Of a stretch of 24,004 nt of DNA, positions 1 to 9,226 are shown piece by piece. A program made the translations under genes and the position numbers. This stretch comes from a candidate division WOR-3 bacterium (GTDB lineage Bacteria > Hydrothermota > Tepidihabitantia > SM23-42 > CAYGYG01). The DNA lies in the NCBI GenBank assembly GCA_965648915.1, contig CBFGIV010000033.1, positions 1 through 24,004 on the forward strand, in the 5' to 3' direction. The notes under the pieces were generated by a model that did no database searches, was not told where the DNA came from, and saw only the letters and a list, made by a program, of their open reading frames with translations. The first letter of the stretch is position 1; each line of letters opens with the position of its first letter.

Positions 1-463
1 TTCTATTTACCTCCATTTTCTGATTCTCCAAACTTGAGAAGGCTTTCGCCTTTTTCAATTTCCTCTTTTTGAAGGGCCTTCGACTTACTGAAACTTCCCC
101 TCCCTTGAGGGGAGGGGATAAAGGGGAGGGTGACAATTCACTGATTATCACTTCCATCACCCCATCGATATTTCTTAATACATCGTTATTCCAAAATCTT
201 AATACCCTGTATCCTTGTGACCGAAGCCACCTATCCCTTATTTTATCAATCTTGTTCTCAAAATGCCCACCGCCATCAACTTCAATAATCAACTTCTTCT
301 CAAAACAAACAAAATCCACAATATAGCATCCTATCATCTGTTGTCTTCGAAATTTTACACCTAATTGTTTATCTCGTATCTTATACCATAATCTTTTTTC
401 TGCTAAGGTCATATTGCCTCTTAATCGTTTTATTATTATTTTGTTTTGTGGGGTTAGTTTCAT
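1..463 (-). CDS. DUF559 / Vsr-like endonuclease domain protein (3' end runs off the window; absent from ORF track)
   Basis: Manual translation from ATG at 463: MKLTPQNKIIIKRLRGNMTLAEKRLWYKIRDKQLGVKFRRQQMIGCYIVDFVCFEKKLIIEVDGGGHFENKIDKIRDRWLRSQGYRVLRFWNNDVLRNIDGVMEVII... It carries the family motifs T.AE..LW, FRRQ..IG.YIVDF, IIEVDG..H, D..RD..L...GY.VLRFWN. No stop codon occurs before position 1. Confidence 0.92.
   Translation of the reverse strand, partial: MKLTPQNKIIIKRLRGNMTLAEKRLWYKIRDKQLGVKFRRQQMIGCYIVDFVCFEKKLIIEVDGGGHFENKIDKIRDRWLRSQGYRVLRFWNNDVLRNIDGVMEVIISELSPSPLSPPLKGGEVSVSRRPFKKRKLKKAKAFSSLENQKMEVNR
95..133 (-). repeat. 39-bp REP-like hairpin repeat, copy A
   Basis: Minus strand TCACCCTCCCCTTTATCCCCTCCCCTCAAGGGAGGGGAA; stem TCCCCTCCC/GGGAGGGGA, loop CTCAA; 32/39 identical to the copy at 467-505, in inverted orientation. 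Confidence 0.9.
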
Positions 464-466
464 TCT

Positions 467-505
467 TCACCCCCACCTTAATCCTCCCCCCTCAAGGGGG
501 AGGAA
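467..505 (+). repeat. 39-bp REP-like hairpin repeat, copy B
   Basis: TCACCCCCACCTTAATCCTCCCCCCTCAAGGGGGAGGAA; stem TCCTCCCCC/GGGGGAGGA, loop CTCAA; separated from the DUF559 start codon by 3 bp. Confidence 0.9.
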
Positions 506-662
506 AAGCGAAGGGGATCTCCCCTCAAGGGGGAGGAGAAGGAAAAGAAGTCGGCCCTCGAGGGAGAGGAAATGCAAAAGAGGTTCAATATCAAGAAGGA
601 AAGAAGTCAAGATGATTTTGGCATCAAAAGGGAGCAAGATAAGAGAGAACATTTTGTGAAGG
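481..662 (+). repeat. Degenerate 33-bp-period tandem array derived from the hairpin repeat
   Basis: Cores TCAAGGGGGAGG (492), TCAAGGGGGAGG (525), TCGAGGGAGAGG (558), TCAAGAAGGAAA (591), TCAAAAGGGAGC (624), TGAAGG (657), each exactly 33 bp apart. Confidence 0.75.
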
Positions 663-670
663 TTTGACAT

Positions 671-1267
671 TTACGGTAGAAAGAATTTTATGCCGAAGCC
701 GTTGACCAAAAATTTTTCGTCTTTATCAAAGTAGCCATACTTGTAGATATTGGAACTCGTCAGGTAATGATACTGGAGATGGGAGAATAAAGCAAGATTA
801 TCCAAAGGTTTAATCTGGAATTCAAGACCACCGGTAAAACCGAGGTCTTTTTCATCCATCTTGCCAGTGGGCAGGGTAATCACCCGGTCATTAAACCGAC
901 CCTGCCATAAATACCAGCCAAAACCAGTTTTTAAATTTACCTGTATCAAACCCGTCCTTAAAAATGGCAAAAGACTGTAAGTTATAGTGGATGTCAATGG
1001 TGTGTATTTATATGCATATGGCCCCTGTTCTGGTGGTGCATCATAGCGAATTGTCGCACCACTAAATTCTATCCCCAGTTTGGGAATTATATTTGCTATT
1101 CCAAACTGGATACCCCACTGGTATTTACCTTTTGTTTCCTTTAAGGTATCCTGAAAAAGAAGATAATTTGAGTAATTGGGTCCAATGAAGACCTGTCTTG
1201 CATCCAGTTTTGGATTGAATAATCCTGAGAAGAGTATAACTGAAAGAAAGTATTGGGTAAGCATCAT
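671..1267 (-). CDS. Exported outer-membrane beta-barrel-like protein (about 198 aa)
   Basis: SD GGGAGG just upstream of ATG 1267, preferred over the TTG at 1303 that lies inside the repeat. Hydrophobic N-terminus, alternating aromatic/Gly beta-strand pattern (GFTGGLEFQI, FSHLQYHY), C-terminal GFGIKFF strand. Confidence 0.6.
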   Translation of the reverse strand: MMLTQYFLSVILFSGLFNPKLDARQVFIGPNYSNYLLFQDTLKETKGKYQWGIQFGIANIIPKLGIEFSGATIRYDAPPEQGPYAYKYTPLTSTITYSLLPFLRTGLIQVNLKTGFGWYLWQGRFNDRVITLPTGKMDEKDLGFTGGLEFQIKPLDNLALFSHLQYHYLTSSNIYKYGYFDKDEKFLVNGFGIKFFLP

Positions 1268-1287
1268 AACCTCCCTGTATACATCAA

Positions 1288-1312
1288 ATCCCTCTCCCTT
1301 CAAGGGAGAGGA
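1288..1312 (+). repeat. Third (solo) copy of the hairpin repeat
   Basis: ATCCCTCTCCCTTCAAGGGAGAGGA: stem CCTCTCCC/GGGAGAGG, loop TTCAA; a more degenerate copy follows at about 1330-1352. Confidence 0.8.
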
Positions 1313-1366
1313 TGGAAAGAAGATTCGTTATCCTCTTCGTATAAAGGAGAAGAAAGATTGATAGAT

Positions 1367-1954
1367 TCATTTCAACTCCTTTCGGTTTTTTAAACCATCA
1401 AAGAATAATCCAAGAATCTCCTCACTTGATTCTATTTTCTCTGAGGTAAAAAGGTTTAAGAGAAGCGGTACCCTCATAATATTAAGAAAACTAATTGCTG
1501 CCATCTTAGAGTTTATCCTGCGGAACTCGCCATTTTTAATACCGGTCTCTATTATCTCAGCGATGGAGGAGATTATCTCAAAGATTATCGGAAATACCCT
1601 TTTCTTTACTTCCTTCATTATTTTTAATGCCTGATTGATATTCTCCATTGAGATCACAGGGAAAAACTTATGAAATTCTACGGTATGGCCCAACCAATCC
1701 TCGGCGATTTTTGTTAATTTCCGGACACTGTTTATATCTTCCTGGTTAACTGCCTGCACGTCCGCAAGTGCTGAGCTGAGTTGTTCTTCAATAATGTTGA
1801 TATAAATATCTACTTTGTCTCTGAAGTATAAATAGACCGTGCCCTTTGCCACTTTTGCCGAACGGGCAATATCATCAACCGTGGTCTTAAAAAAGCCCTT
1901 CCGGACAAAGAGTCTCACCGCGGACTCCATAATTCTCTGACGCATCTCTTTCAT
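1367..1954 (-). CDS. TetR/AcrR family transcriptional regulator
   Basis: N-terminal HTH (LFVRKGFFKTTVDDIARSAKVAKGTVYLYFRDK) and C-terminal GIKNGEFR motif. Confidence 0.95.
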   Translation of the reverse strand: MKEMRQRIMESAVRLFVRKGFFKTTVDDIARSAKVAKGTVYLYFRDKVDIYINIIEEQLSSALADVQAVNQEDINSVRKLTKIAEDWLGHTVEFHKFFPVISMENINQALKIMKEVKKRVFPIIFEIISSIAEIIETGIKNGEFRRINSKMAAISFLNIMRVPLLLNLFTSEKIESSEEILGLFFDGLKNRKELK

Positions 1955-1991
1955 AATATCTTTTTAGACTCTTTTTTATTAAAAAAGTTTA

Positions 1992-2015
1992 TAATGACTG
2001 ACCGGTCAGTCATTA
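1992..2015. promoter_or_regulatory. Perfect 24-bp palindrome, probable TetR operator
   Basis: TAATGACTGACC|GGTCAGTCATTA, 37 bp upstream of tetR; overlaps a plausible minus-strand promoter ATGACT-16-TAAACT. Confidence 0.85.
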
Positions 2016-2040
2016 AATTGGGTAGTTAAATAAATTACTC

Positions 2041-2069
2041 TTGAATTTATGAGGATTTCGGTTTATTAT
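2041..2069 (+). promoter_or_regulatory. Putative sigma70 promoter for DUF4159-thrC
   Basis: TTGAAT-17bp-TATTAT, ending 13 bp before the ATG at 2083. Confidence 0.5.
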
Positions 2070-2082
2070 TCTGAAGTTACAT

Positions 2083-2724
2083 ATGCCGCTGCAATCTCTT
2101 TTTGCCGCTCTGGTCATGCTTTTTAATTTCCAGGAATTTACCATCGTGCGGGTTAAATATAGTGGCGGTGGCGACTGGTATAATGGCCCGACTTCATTGC
2201 CCAACCTTTTGAGAGCGGTCCGCGAAAGAACAACGATCCGGACCGCAGAACGGGATGTCACATTGAGCCTTACCGATCCTGAACTATTTAACTATTCCTT
2301 CCTCTATATCAACGGACACGGCAATATTCAATTCAACGAAGAAGAGGTGAGAAATTTACGCCGTTTTCTGACCAATGGAGGGTTTTTATTGGCCAATGAT
2401 GACTACGGCATGGATCAGGCATTCCGGCGGGAGATCAAGAAGGTCTTTCCTGATTGTGAACTGGTTGAGTTGCCTTTTTCCCATCCCATCTATCATATCT
2501 TTTATGACTTTCCCAATGGCCTGCCCAAGATTCATAAACACGATGACAAACCGCCTCAGGGTTTTGGAATCTTTTACCAGGGGAGGCTGGTGGTATTTTA
2601 TAACTATGAGTGTGATCTGGGCGATGGCTGGGATGACCCGGATGTCCACAATGATCCACCGGAGAAGAGGGAAGCGGCCCTGCGGATGGGGATAAACATC
2701 ATAATCTATGTGCTGACTCATTAA
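2083..2724 (+). CDS. DUF4159 domain protein
   Basis: Motifs KYSGGGDWY, LFNYSFLYINGHG, NGGFLLANDDYG, HPIYH, DLGDGW, ALRMGINI. Confidence 0.85.
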   Translation: MPLQSLFAALVMLFNFQEFTIVRVKYSGGGDWYNGPTSLPNLLRAVRERTTIRTAERDVTLSLTDPELFNYSFLYINGHGNIQFNEEEVRNLRRFLTNGGFLLANDDYGMDQAFRREIKKVFPDCELVELPFSHPIYHIFYDFPNGLPKIHKHDDKPPQGFGIFYQGRLVVFYNYECDLGDGWDDPDVHNDPPEKREAALRMGINIIIYVLTH

Positions 2725-2732
2725 GGGATGAA

Positions 2733-3848
2733 ATGGGGACAGATCGGTTATTCTGCATTGAATGTGGTAAGTCCTATGCGGTCGATGAGAAGATCTGGCG
2801 GTGTGAATGTGGTGGACTGCTTGATCTCGAATTGGCATACGAATTTCTGCCCGAAAAGGTTGCTGGGCGAAGACTTAATCTCTGGCGTTACCGGGAGGCG
2901 ATCCCGATCGATGATGATGATCATATCGTCTCCTTTGAAGAGGGTTTCACTCCATTATTACCGGTTAAATTTGGAGATAGAACAGTTCTGATCAAACAGG
3001 ACCACCTGCTCCCCACCGGATCTTTCAAGGACCGGGGTGCATCGGTCCTGATCAGTAAAGTTAAAGAATTGGGAATAAAGAAGGTGATTATCGACTCTTC
3101 GGGTAATGCGGGTTGTGCGGTTGCGGCTTATTGTGCTCGAGCCGGGATTAAATGTGATGTCTATGTGCCGGCCCGAACCGGCCTGAGTAAGATAAAACAG
3201 ATCAGTGCCTATGGTGCGGATTTAAAAAGAATTCGAGGTTCGCGCGAGGCTACTGCCCGGGCGGCACTTGCAGCGGCAGAAAAGGATTATTATGCAAGCC
3301 ACTACTGGAATCCATTCTTCTTTCACGGAACCAAGACCTTTGCTTTTGAAATCTGTGAGCAGCTCGGCTGGCAGGCGCCAGATACAGTCATCTTACCAGT
3401 CGGTAACGGCACCCTTTTGCTCGGTGCCTTTATCGGTTTCAGGGAACTATACCTGAGGGGTATAATTGAAAAGGTACCCAGGATTATTGGTGTCCAGAGT
3501 AAGAATTGCGCACCCCTTGCCCGAGCATTTGCGCAAAAGATGGCGACAATTCCTGAGATCAACAAGAAAGAGACCGTGGCTGAAGGGATTGCTATCAGCG
3601 AACCGCGCCGTGGCCCGCAGATAATCGATGCGGTCAGAAAGACCCGGGGCGATTTTGTTATGGTCAGTGACCGGGAGATCGGTCTTACTTTAAGACAACT
3701 ATGGCGAAGAGGCTTCTATGTTGAGCCGACGGCCGGGGCGGGCCTGGCCGGGCTTAAAAAGTTCTTGATCAAACAGCGGGTTTCTAAAAGAGAGGTTGTC
3801 GTCTCAATATTTACCGGTCATGGTCTGAAGTCGATGGTTGAGATTTAA
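2733..3848 (+). CDS. thrC: Threonine synthase-like PLP-dependent enzyme (fold type II) with N-terminal Zn ribbon
   Basis: CIECG...CECGG; EGFTPL; PTGSFKDRG (PLP lysine); SSGNAG; PVGNG; EPTA; TGHGLK. Confidence 0.85.
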   Translation: MGTDRLFCIECGKSYAVDEKIWRCECGGLLDLELAYEFLPEKVAGRRLNLWRYREAIPIDDDDHIVSFEEGFTPLLPVKFGDRTVLIKQDHLLPTGSFKDRGASVLISKVKELGIKKVIIDSSGNAGCAVAAYCARAGIKCDVYVPARTGLSKIKQISAYGADLKRIRGSREATARAALAAAEKDYYASHYWNPFFFHGTKTFAFEICEQLGWQAPDTVILPVGNGTLLLGAFIGFRELYLRGIIEKVPRIIGVQSKNCAPLARAFAQKMATIPEINKKETVAEGIAISEPRRGPQIIDAVRKTRGDFVMVSDREIGLTLRQLWRRGFYVEPTAGAGLAGLKKFLIKQRVSKREVVVSIFTGHGLKSMVEI

Positions 3849-3851
3849 TTG

Positions 3852-5060
3852 CTATCGAATTCCCAGTCGGGCGATAAGCAGGAGGAGGACCGATCCGGCA
3901 AATACGAATACGACCGAAGGGAAGAGATAACGGTAGATCCCGGCGTAATCGGCCCGATAGTATTCTCTGGTCAGGTTCAGACAGAGGTGGAGAGGTGAAA
4001 GGAGGACACCGGCAAAGCCACTTGTATAGGTAAACATAATATAAGGGAGTTCCATCCGGGAATTTACAATGAGCGGAGCAATAATGGGGAAGCCGATCCC
4101 GGCAAATGCTGAGTTTACACCAGTAAGAAAACCGATAAGGAAAGGGACGGAAAAGATAATTAAAATTTTAATAATGAACTGTTCACTCAAAACTCCGTCC
4201 ATAATCTTCAGCGCACCGGATATTTCGAGTATATTCTTGAAGAGAAAGACTGAATAGATGATCCCGAGCGTAGACAGGGAAAAGGCTTTTTTCAAAATCC
4301 CGGGGATTTCTCTAATCTGTATGCCGGAAGAGATCAGGGCCGATATTCCACTTATACCAATTGCCCAGGACATCCGGAACTTGCCAATCATTACCAGGAG
4401 AATGATTAGGATTATGGGCCAGAGATTATAGATGAGGGGCCATATCTTTTTTCGGCGCGAAACAGAATTCTCTGACCCGGGCAATCTAAGGATAAAGATT
4501 ATTCCCACAAGGATTGCAAAGAGGGATAGGGGGAATTGACTGATTATAATCTGGCGGACCGGAAGATTGAAGACACCGGCCGAGATGAGGATTGACGGGT
4601 AGAGGGGCCACCAGTACTCCCAGAGATGGCGAAACCAGAAGTTAATAAAGGTCATCTTTTCGGGCGAGAGATTTGCCTTTATGCCTCCCTGTTTAACGAT
4701 CGGTGCAGAAAGCATTGCACCAGCCGGCATCGGTAAGAGCCCTATCAAGGCCGGCATCAAGGCAATGCCGATACGATAATCACCTATTGTCTCTTCCATT
4801 GTTGTAATTATCCTTTGGAGATTTCCAGATAATTCCATTATGATGGCGAGTAGTAAGACCATATAGATGATAAAGAGAAATTCTATGGTTGTAGTCTGGA
4901 ACAGGGTAAGAGGAATAGTTTTGACCAGAGGTAAAAATTGGACCCGAAATATAATTCCTGAAATTAGTGAGGTTATAATCAATGAAAGGCCAAGGTTCAG
5001 TCTCAGCCGGACAAGGGCAAAGAGGAGGGCGATTATAATGCAGATTCTTAATATCGTCAA
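3852..5060 (-). CDS. DUF401 family multi-pass membrane protein (putative transporter)
   Basis: Highly hydrophobic; ALIGLLPMPAGAMLSAP, NFWFRHLWEYWWPLYP, SPLHLCL..T.EYY. Confidence 0.85.
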   Translation of the reverse strand: MTILRICIIIALLFALVRLRLNLGLSLIITSLISGIIFRVQFLPLVKTIPLTLFQTTTIEFLFIIYMVLLLAIIMELSGNLQRIITTMEETIGDYRIGIALMPALIGLLPMPAGAMLSAPIVKQGGIKANLSPEKMTFINFWFRHLWEYWWPLYPSILISAGVFNLPVRQIIISQFPLSLFAILVGIIFILRLPGSENSVSRRKKIWPLIYNLWPIILIILLVMIGKFRMSWAIGISGISALISSGIQIREIPGILKKAFSLSTLGIIYSVFLFKNILEISGALKIMDGVLSEQFIIKILIIFSVPFLIGFLTGVNSAFAGIGFPIIAPLIVNSRMELPYIMFTYTSGFAGVLLSPLHLCLNLTREYYRADYAGIYRYLFPSVVFVFAGSVLLLLIARLGIR

Positions 5061-5068
5061 GGTCAGGG

Positions 5069-5097
5069 ATTATATTTGATAACTTACGAAAGGTCAA
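5069..5097 (-). promoter_or_regulatory. sigma70 promoter for the DUF401 gene
   Basis: Minus strand TTGACC-17bp-TATAAT. Confidence 0.7.
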
Positions 5098-5141
5098 GAA
5101 ATTTTAATGATTACGAAGACAGTTGATTGAGAATTTCTTCC

Positions 5142-5169
5142 TTGACTTTCTCTGATTCTCAGATAGAAT
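5142..5169 (+). promoter_or_regulatory. sigma70 promoter for the gap operon
   Basis: TTGACT-16bp-TAGAAT, followed by SD AGGAGG at 5176-5181. Confidence 0.65.
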
Positions 5170-5176
5170 GGTATAG

Positions 5177-6192
<1,016 letters not shown>

Positions 6193-6193
<1 letters not shown>

Positions 6194-7371
6194 TGAAGAA
6201 ATTATCGGTTACCGAACTTCCCTTAAAAGACAAAAGAGTCTTCTTAAGAGTCGATTTTAATGTGCCCCTCGATGATAACCTGAGAATCACTGATGATACA
6301 CGGATCCGGGCATCACTCGCCACGATTCAGTTTATCATCGACCACGGTGGTATACCGATTATTGCCTCACATCTGGGCCGACCCAAAGGGGTCGATCCGA
6401 AACAGAGCCTTAAACCGGTTGCCGTCCGTCTCGCCGAATTGATTCAGCGTCCGGTTCAATTTGCTCCAGATTGTGTTGGCCCGGCGGTAAAAGCGCTCGT
6501 CTTTTCCTTAAAGCCTGGAGATCTGATTCTGCTGGAGAATTTAAGATTCCATCCTGAAGAAGAAAAGAATGATCCACAATTTGCCAAAGAGCTTGCTTCC
6601 CTGGCCGATTTATATGTTAATGATGCGTTTGGGGCTTCACATCGGGCTCATGCCTCAATCGAGGCAATCGCTACCTATTTTAAAGAGCCTGCCTGCGGTT
6701 TCTTAATGGAGAAAGAGATAAGGTACTTAAGCGCGGCGCTGGAAAATCCTAAGAGACCCTTTATTGCGATCATCGGTGGGGCGAAGATCTCAGGCAAGAT
6801 CGATGTCATTAACAACCTGAAGAACCGGGTCGACCGGCTGATCATTGGTGGTGGTATGGCCTTCACATTCTACCGTGCCCAGGGTTATGAAATCGGTCGA
6901 TCGATCCTTGAGAGTGACCGGATCGAGATGGCCCGGGCGCTGCTTAACGAGCCAAAAATCTATCTACCCAAAGACTGTCTGGTTGCGGCCGATGCCAAGA
7001 AAGGATCGCCGACCCGGAGTGTCAGGATTGATGCTATTCCACCTGACCTGATTGGGGTTGACATCGGTCCAGAATCGATCAGGGAGATCAAAGAGATTAT
7101 CAGCAAGGTCGGGACAATCGTCTGGAATGGGCCGATGGGTATTTTTGAGATCGATGAATATGCTACCGGGACAAGAGAGATCGCCCAGATGGTAGCCAAT
7201 GCTACTCTGAGGGGCGCAGTTTCGATTGTTGGTGGTGGCGATACGGTTTCCGCGCTTGCCAAATTCAAATTGCTCCATCGCGTCAGTCATGCATCCACCG
7301 GCGGCGGTGCCTCGCTCGAATTTCTTGAGGGTAAGACCCTGCCCGGGATCAAGGTGTTGAAGGATGTCTAA
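6193..7371 (+). CDS. pgk: Phosphoglycerate kinase
   Basis: RVDFNVP, SHLGRP, LLENLRF, NDAFG, WNGPMG, STGGGASLE; TAATG overlap with gap. Confidence 0.99.
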
Positions 7372-8125
7372 GGTCAAGGCAATTATTGCCGGTAACTGGA
7401 AGATGCACAAGACCCCGGCCGAGTCCCGGGAACTCAGCCAGCAGATCCTGCTTAAGACCCGTGATATCCGGGATCGAACCATAATCATCTGCCCTCCTTT
7501 TACATCACTCTATGATGTAAATCGAATAGTTGCCGGTTCCCATATCAAACTTGGTGCCCAGAATATGTCCTTTGAAAAATCCGGTGCCTATACGGGTGAG
7601 GTCTCGGGGGTCTTTCTTAAAGAATTAGGTTGTGAGTATGTAATAATCGGCCATTCCGAAAGACGGAGCCTTTTTTATGAAGATGACAGCCTCATAAATA
7701 AAAAATTGAAACTGGCCTTAGAGATAGGATTGATTCCGATATTCTGCATCGGTGAGACATTAAAGGATCGCGAAACAGGAAAGACATTTGATGTGGTCCG
7801 GCGTCAGATCAGGGAAGGACTTAATGGATTGACCTGGAATGAGAATAACGTCATTATTGCCTATGAACCGGTCTGGGCGATCGGAACCGGAATCAATGCA
7901 ACACCGGGCCAGGCAGCCGAGGTTCATCATTTCATCCGGGAGACGTTCAGGACTGAATTTGGGGTCGAGCCCGATAGAATGGCAATTCTTTATGGTGGTA
8001 GTGTCAAACCTAATAACATTGATGAATTGATGGCAGAAGATGAGATTAACGGAGTCTTAGTCGGTGGGGCGAGCCTTGATGCCCAGGATTTTTTAAGAAT
8101 CGTAAAGTTTACAAAATTAAGATAA
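7364..8125 (+). CDS. tpiA: Triosephosphate isomerase
   Basis: AGNWKM, IGHSERR, AYEPVWAIGTG, YGGSV, LVGGASL. Confidence 0.99.
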   Translation: MSKVKAIIAGNWKMHKTPAESRELSQQILLKTRDIRDRTIIICPPFTSLYDVNRIVAGSHIKLGAQNMSFEKSGAYTGEVSGVFLKELGCEYVIIGHSERRSLFYEDDSLINKKLKLALEIGLIPIFCIGETLKDRETGKTFDVVRRQIREGLNGLTWNENNVIIAYEPVWAIGTGINATPGQAAEVHHFIRETFRTEFGVEPDRMAILYGGSVKPNNIDELMAEDEINGVLVGGASLDAQDFLRIVKFTKLR

Positions 8126-8134
8126 GGAGCGAGA

Positions 8135-8467
8135 ATGTATGCGGCTTTTCTATTTCTTCATATCTTGATCTGTGCATTACTTATCATTGTTGTCCTCCTC
8201 CAGCAGACACGCGGGAGCGGGATGTCGAGTGTATTTGGTGGCGGTGGGACAGATTCACTCTTCGGCGGGAAAGGGGCCACCCCTTTCTTTGTTAAACTTA
8301 CATCGGGATTGGCGATCGCTTTCTTTTTAACCTCACTCATTCTTGTTCTCTATGCACGAGCACCGCGCCGGAGCAGTGCGGTGGAAAAGGTGATGCAGGA
8401 ACAGCCGGTCGAACCAGTGCCGGAGAAAGAACCCGGCCCGATGTTTCCTAAAGAAGGTGGTGAATAA
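8135..8467 (+). CDS. secG: Preprotein translocase subunit SecG
   Basis: Two TM helices separated by VLLQ...FGGG...LFG...KLT; typical position after tpiA. Confidence 0.95.
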   Translation: MYAAFLFLHILICALLIIVVLLQQTRGSGMSSVFGGGGTDSLFGGKGATPFFVKLTSGLAIAFFLTSLILVLYARAPRRSSAVEKVMQEQPVEPVPEKEPGPMFPKEGGE

Positions 8468-8787
8468 TGTTTGCGGTGATCAGAGTGGCTGGCTTTCAGT
8501 ATATTGTCGAAAAGGGTATGCGCATAATAGTTCCTGCAGTGCTCGGTAAGGTTGGTGAAACGATAAATCTCGGCGATGTCCTCTTATATAGTGAAGATGA
8601 AGATATTAAAATTGGCCGACCGGTACTATCCGATATGCGGGTTGAGGGTAAGATAACAAAGGTTGGTCAGATGAGGAAGGTTATTGTTTATAAATTTATC
8701 CGTCGTGAAAACTATCGACGGAAGAAGGGCCACCGCCAGGATTTTACCGAGATTGAGATCACCGAGATCAAAGGATCAAAATCATAG
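8467..8787 (+). CDS. rplU: 50S ribosomal protein L21
   Basis: MFAVI...G.QY.V, IGRP, RRKKGHRQ.FT.I.I; TAATG overlap with secG. Confidence 0.97.
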   Translation: MFAVIRVAGFQYIVEKGMRIIVPAVLGKVGETINLGDVLLYSEDEDIKIGRPVLSDMRVEGKITKVGQMRKVIVYKFIRRENYRRKKGHRQDFTEIEITEIKGSKS

Positions 8788-8799
8788 AAAGGAGTTTAT

Positions 8800-9075
8800 A
8801 TGGCTCATAAAAAGGGTGTTGGTGCATCAAGGAATGGTCGGGATAGCCCGGGCCAGCATCTGGGCATAAAGAGATTTTCGGGCCAGTGGGTTAAGACTGG
8901 CAATATTATTGTCCGTCAGTGTGGGACAAAAATATATCCGGGATTGAATGTTGGTATGGGAAGAGATAATACACTCTTTGCCTTAAAAGATGGAATAGTT
9001 AAATTCGAATGGATGCGTGGCGGTAAAAAAAAGGTCAAGATTATAACAGATTATACCCGATCTAATAACCCATAA
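8800..9075 (+). CDS. rpmA: 50S ribosomal protein L27
   Basis: [34 protein letters not shown]. Confidence 0.98.
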   Translation: MAHKKGVGASRNGRDSPGQHLGIKRFSGQWVKTGNIIVRQCGTKIYPGLNVGMGRDNTLFALKDGIVKFEWMRGGKKKVKIITDYTRSNNP

Positions 9076-9127
9076 TTTGTGATAAATTTCGACTTGCTGA
9101 CTTTCTCAAAAAAAGTTAATTTTCTAC

Positions 9128-9155
9128 TTGACAAAAACTTAAATTTAGATAATAT
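9128..9155 (+). promoter_or_regulatory. Putative sigma70 promoter for the lipoprotein gene
   Basis: TTGACA-16bp-TAATAT in an AT-rich intergenic region; an alternative TATAAT lies at 9158-9163. Confidence 0.45.
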
Positions 9156-9226
9156 TATATAATGTTTTCACATAATATGGTAATTTATGCTTATTTGACT
9201 ATTATTGAGATTAAATGTAGGAGGTT

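Noticed and set aside
481..662. CRISPR array
   Set aside because: The 33-bp period is too short for repeat plus spacer, the repeats are degenerate, and no cas genes are present.
414..670. ORFs 414..659 (+), 467..670 (-) and 69..326 (+)
   Set aside because: They are translations of the hairpin array (11-aa periodic PSRGR) or antisense to DUF559, with no protein-like features.
7340..7375. Programmed PGK-TPI frameshift fusion as in Thermotoga
   Set aside because: A simple 8-bp overlap with its own ATG; no homopolymer or slippery heptamer at the junction.
9140..9190. dif/Xer site in the AT-rich intergenic region
   Set aside because: CATAA...TTATG is spaced by 9 bp rather than 6, and the match to the XerD arm TTATGTTAAAT is poor.
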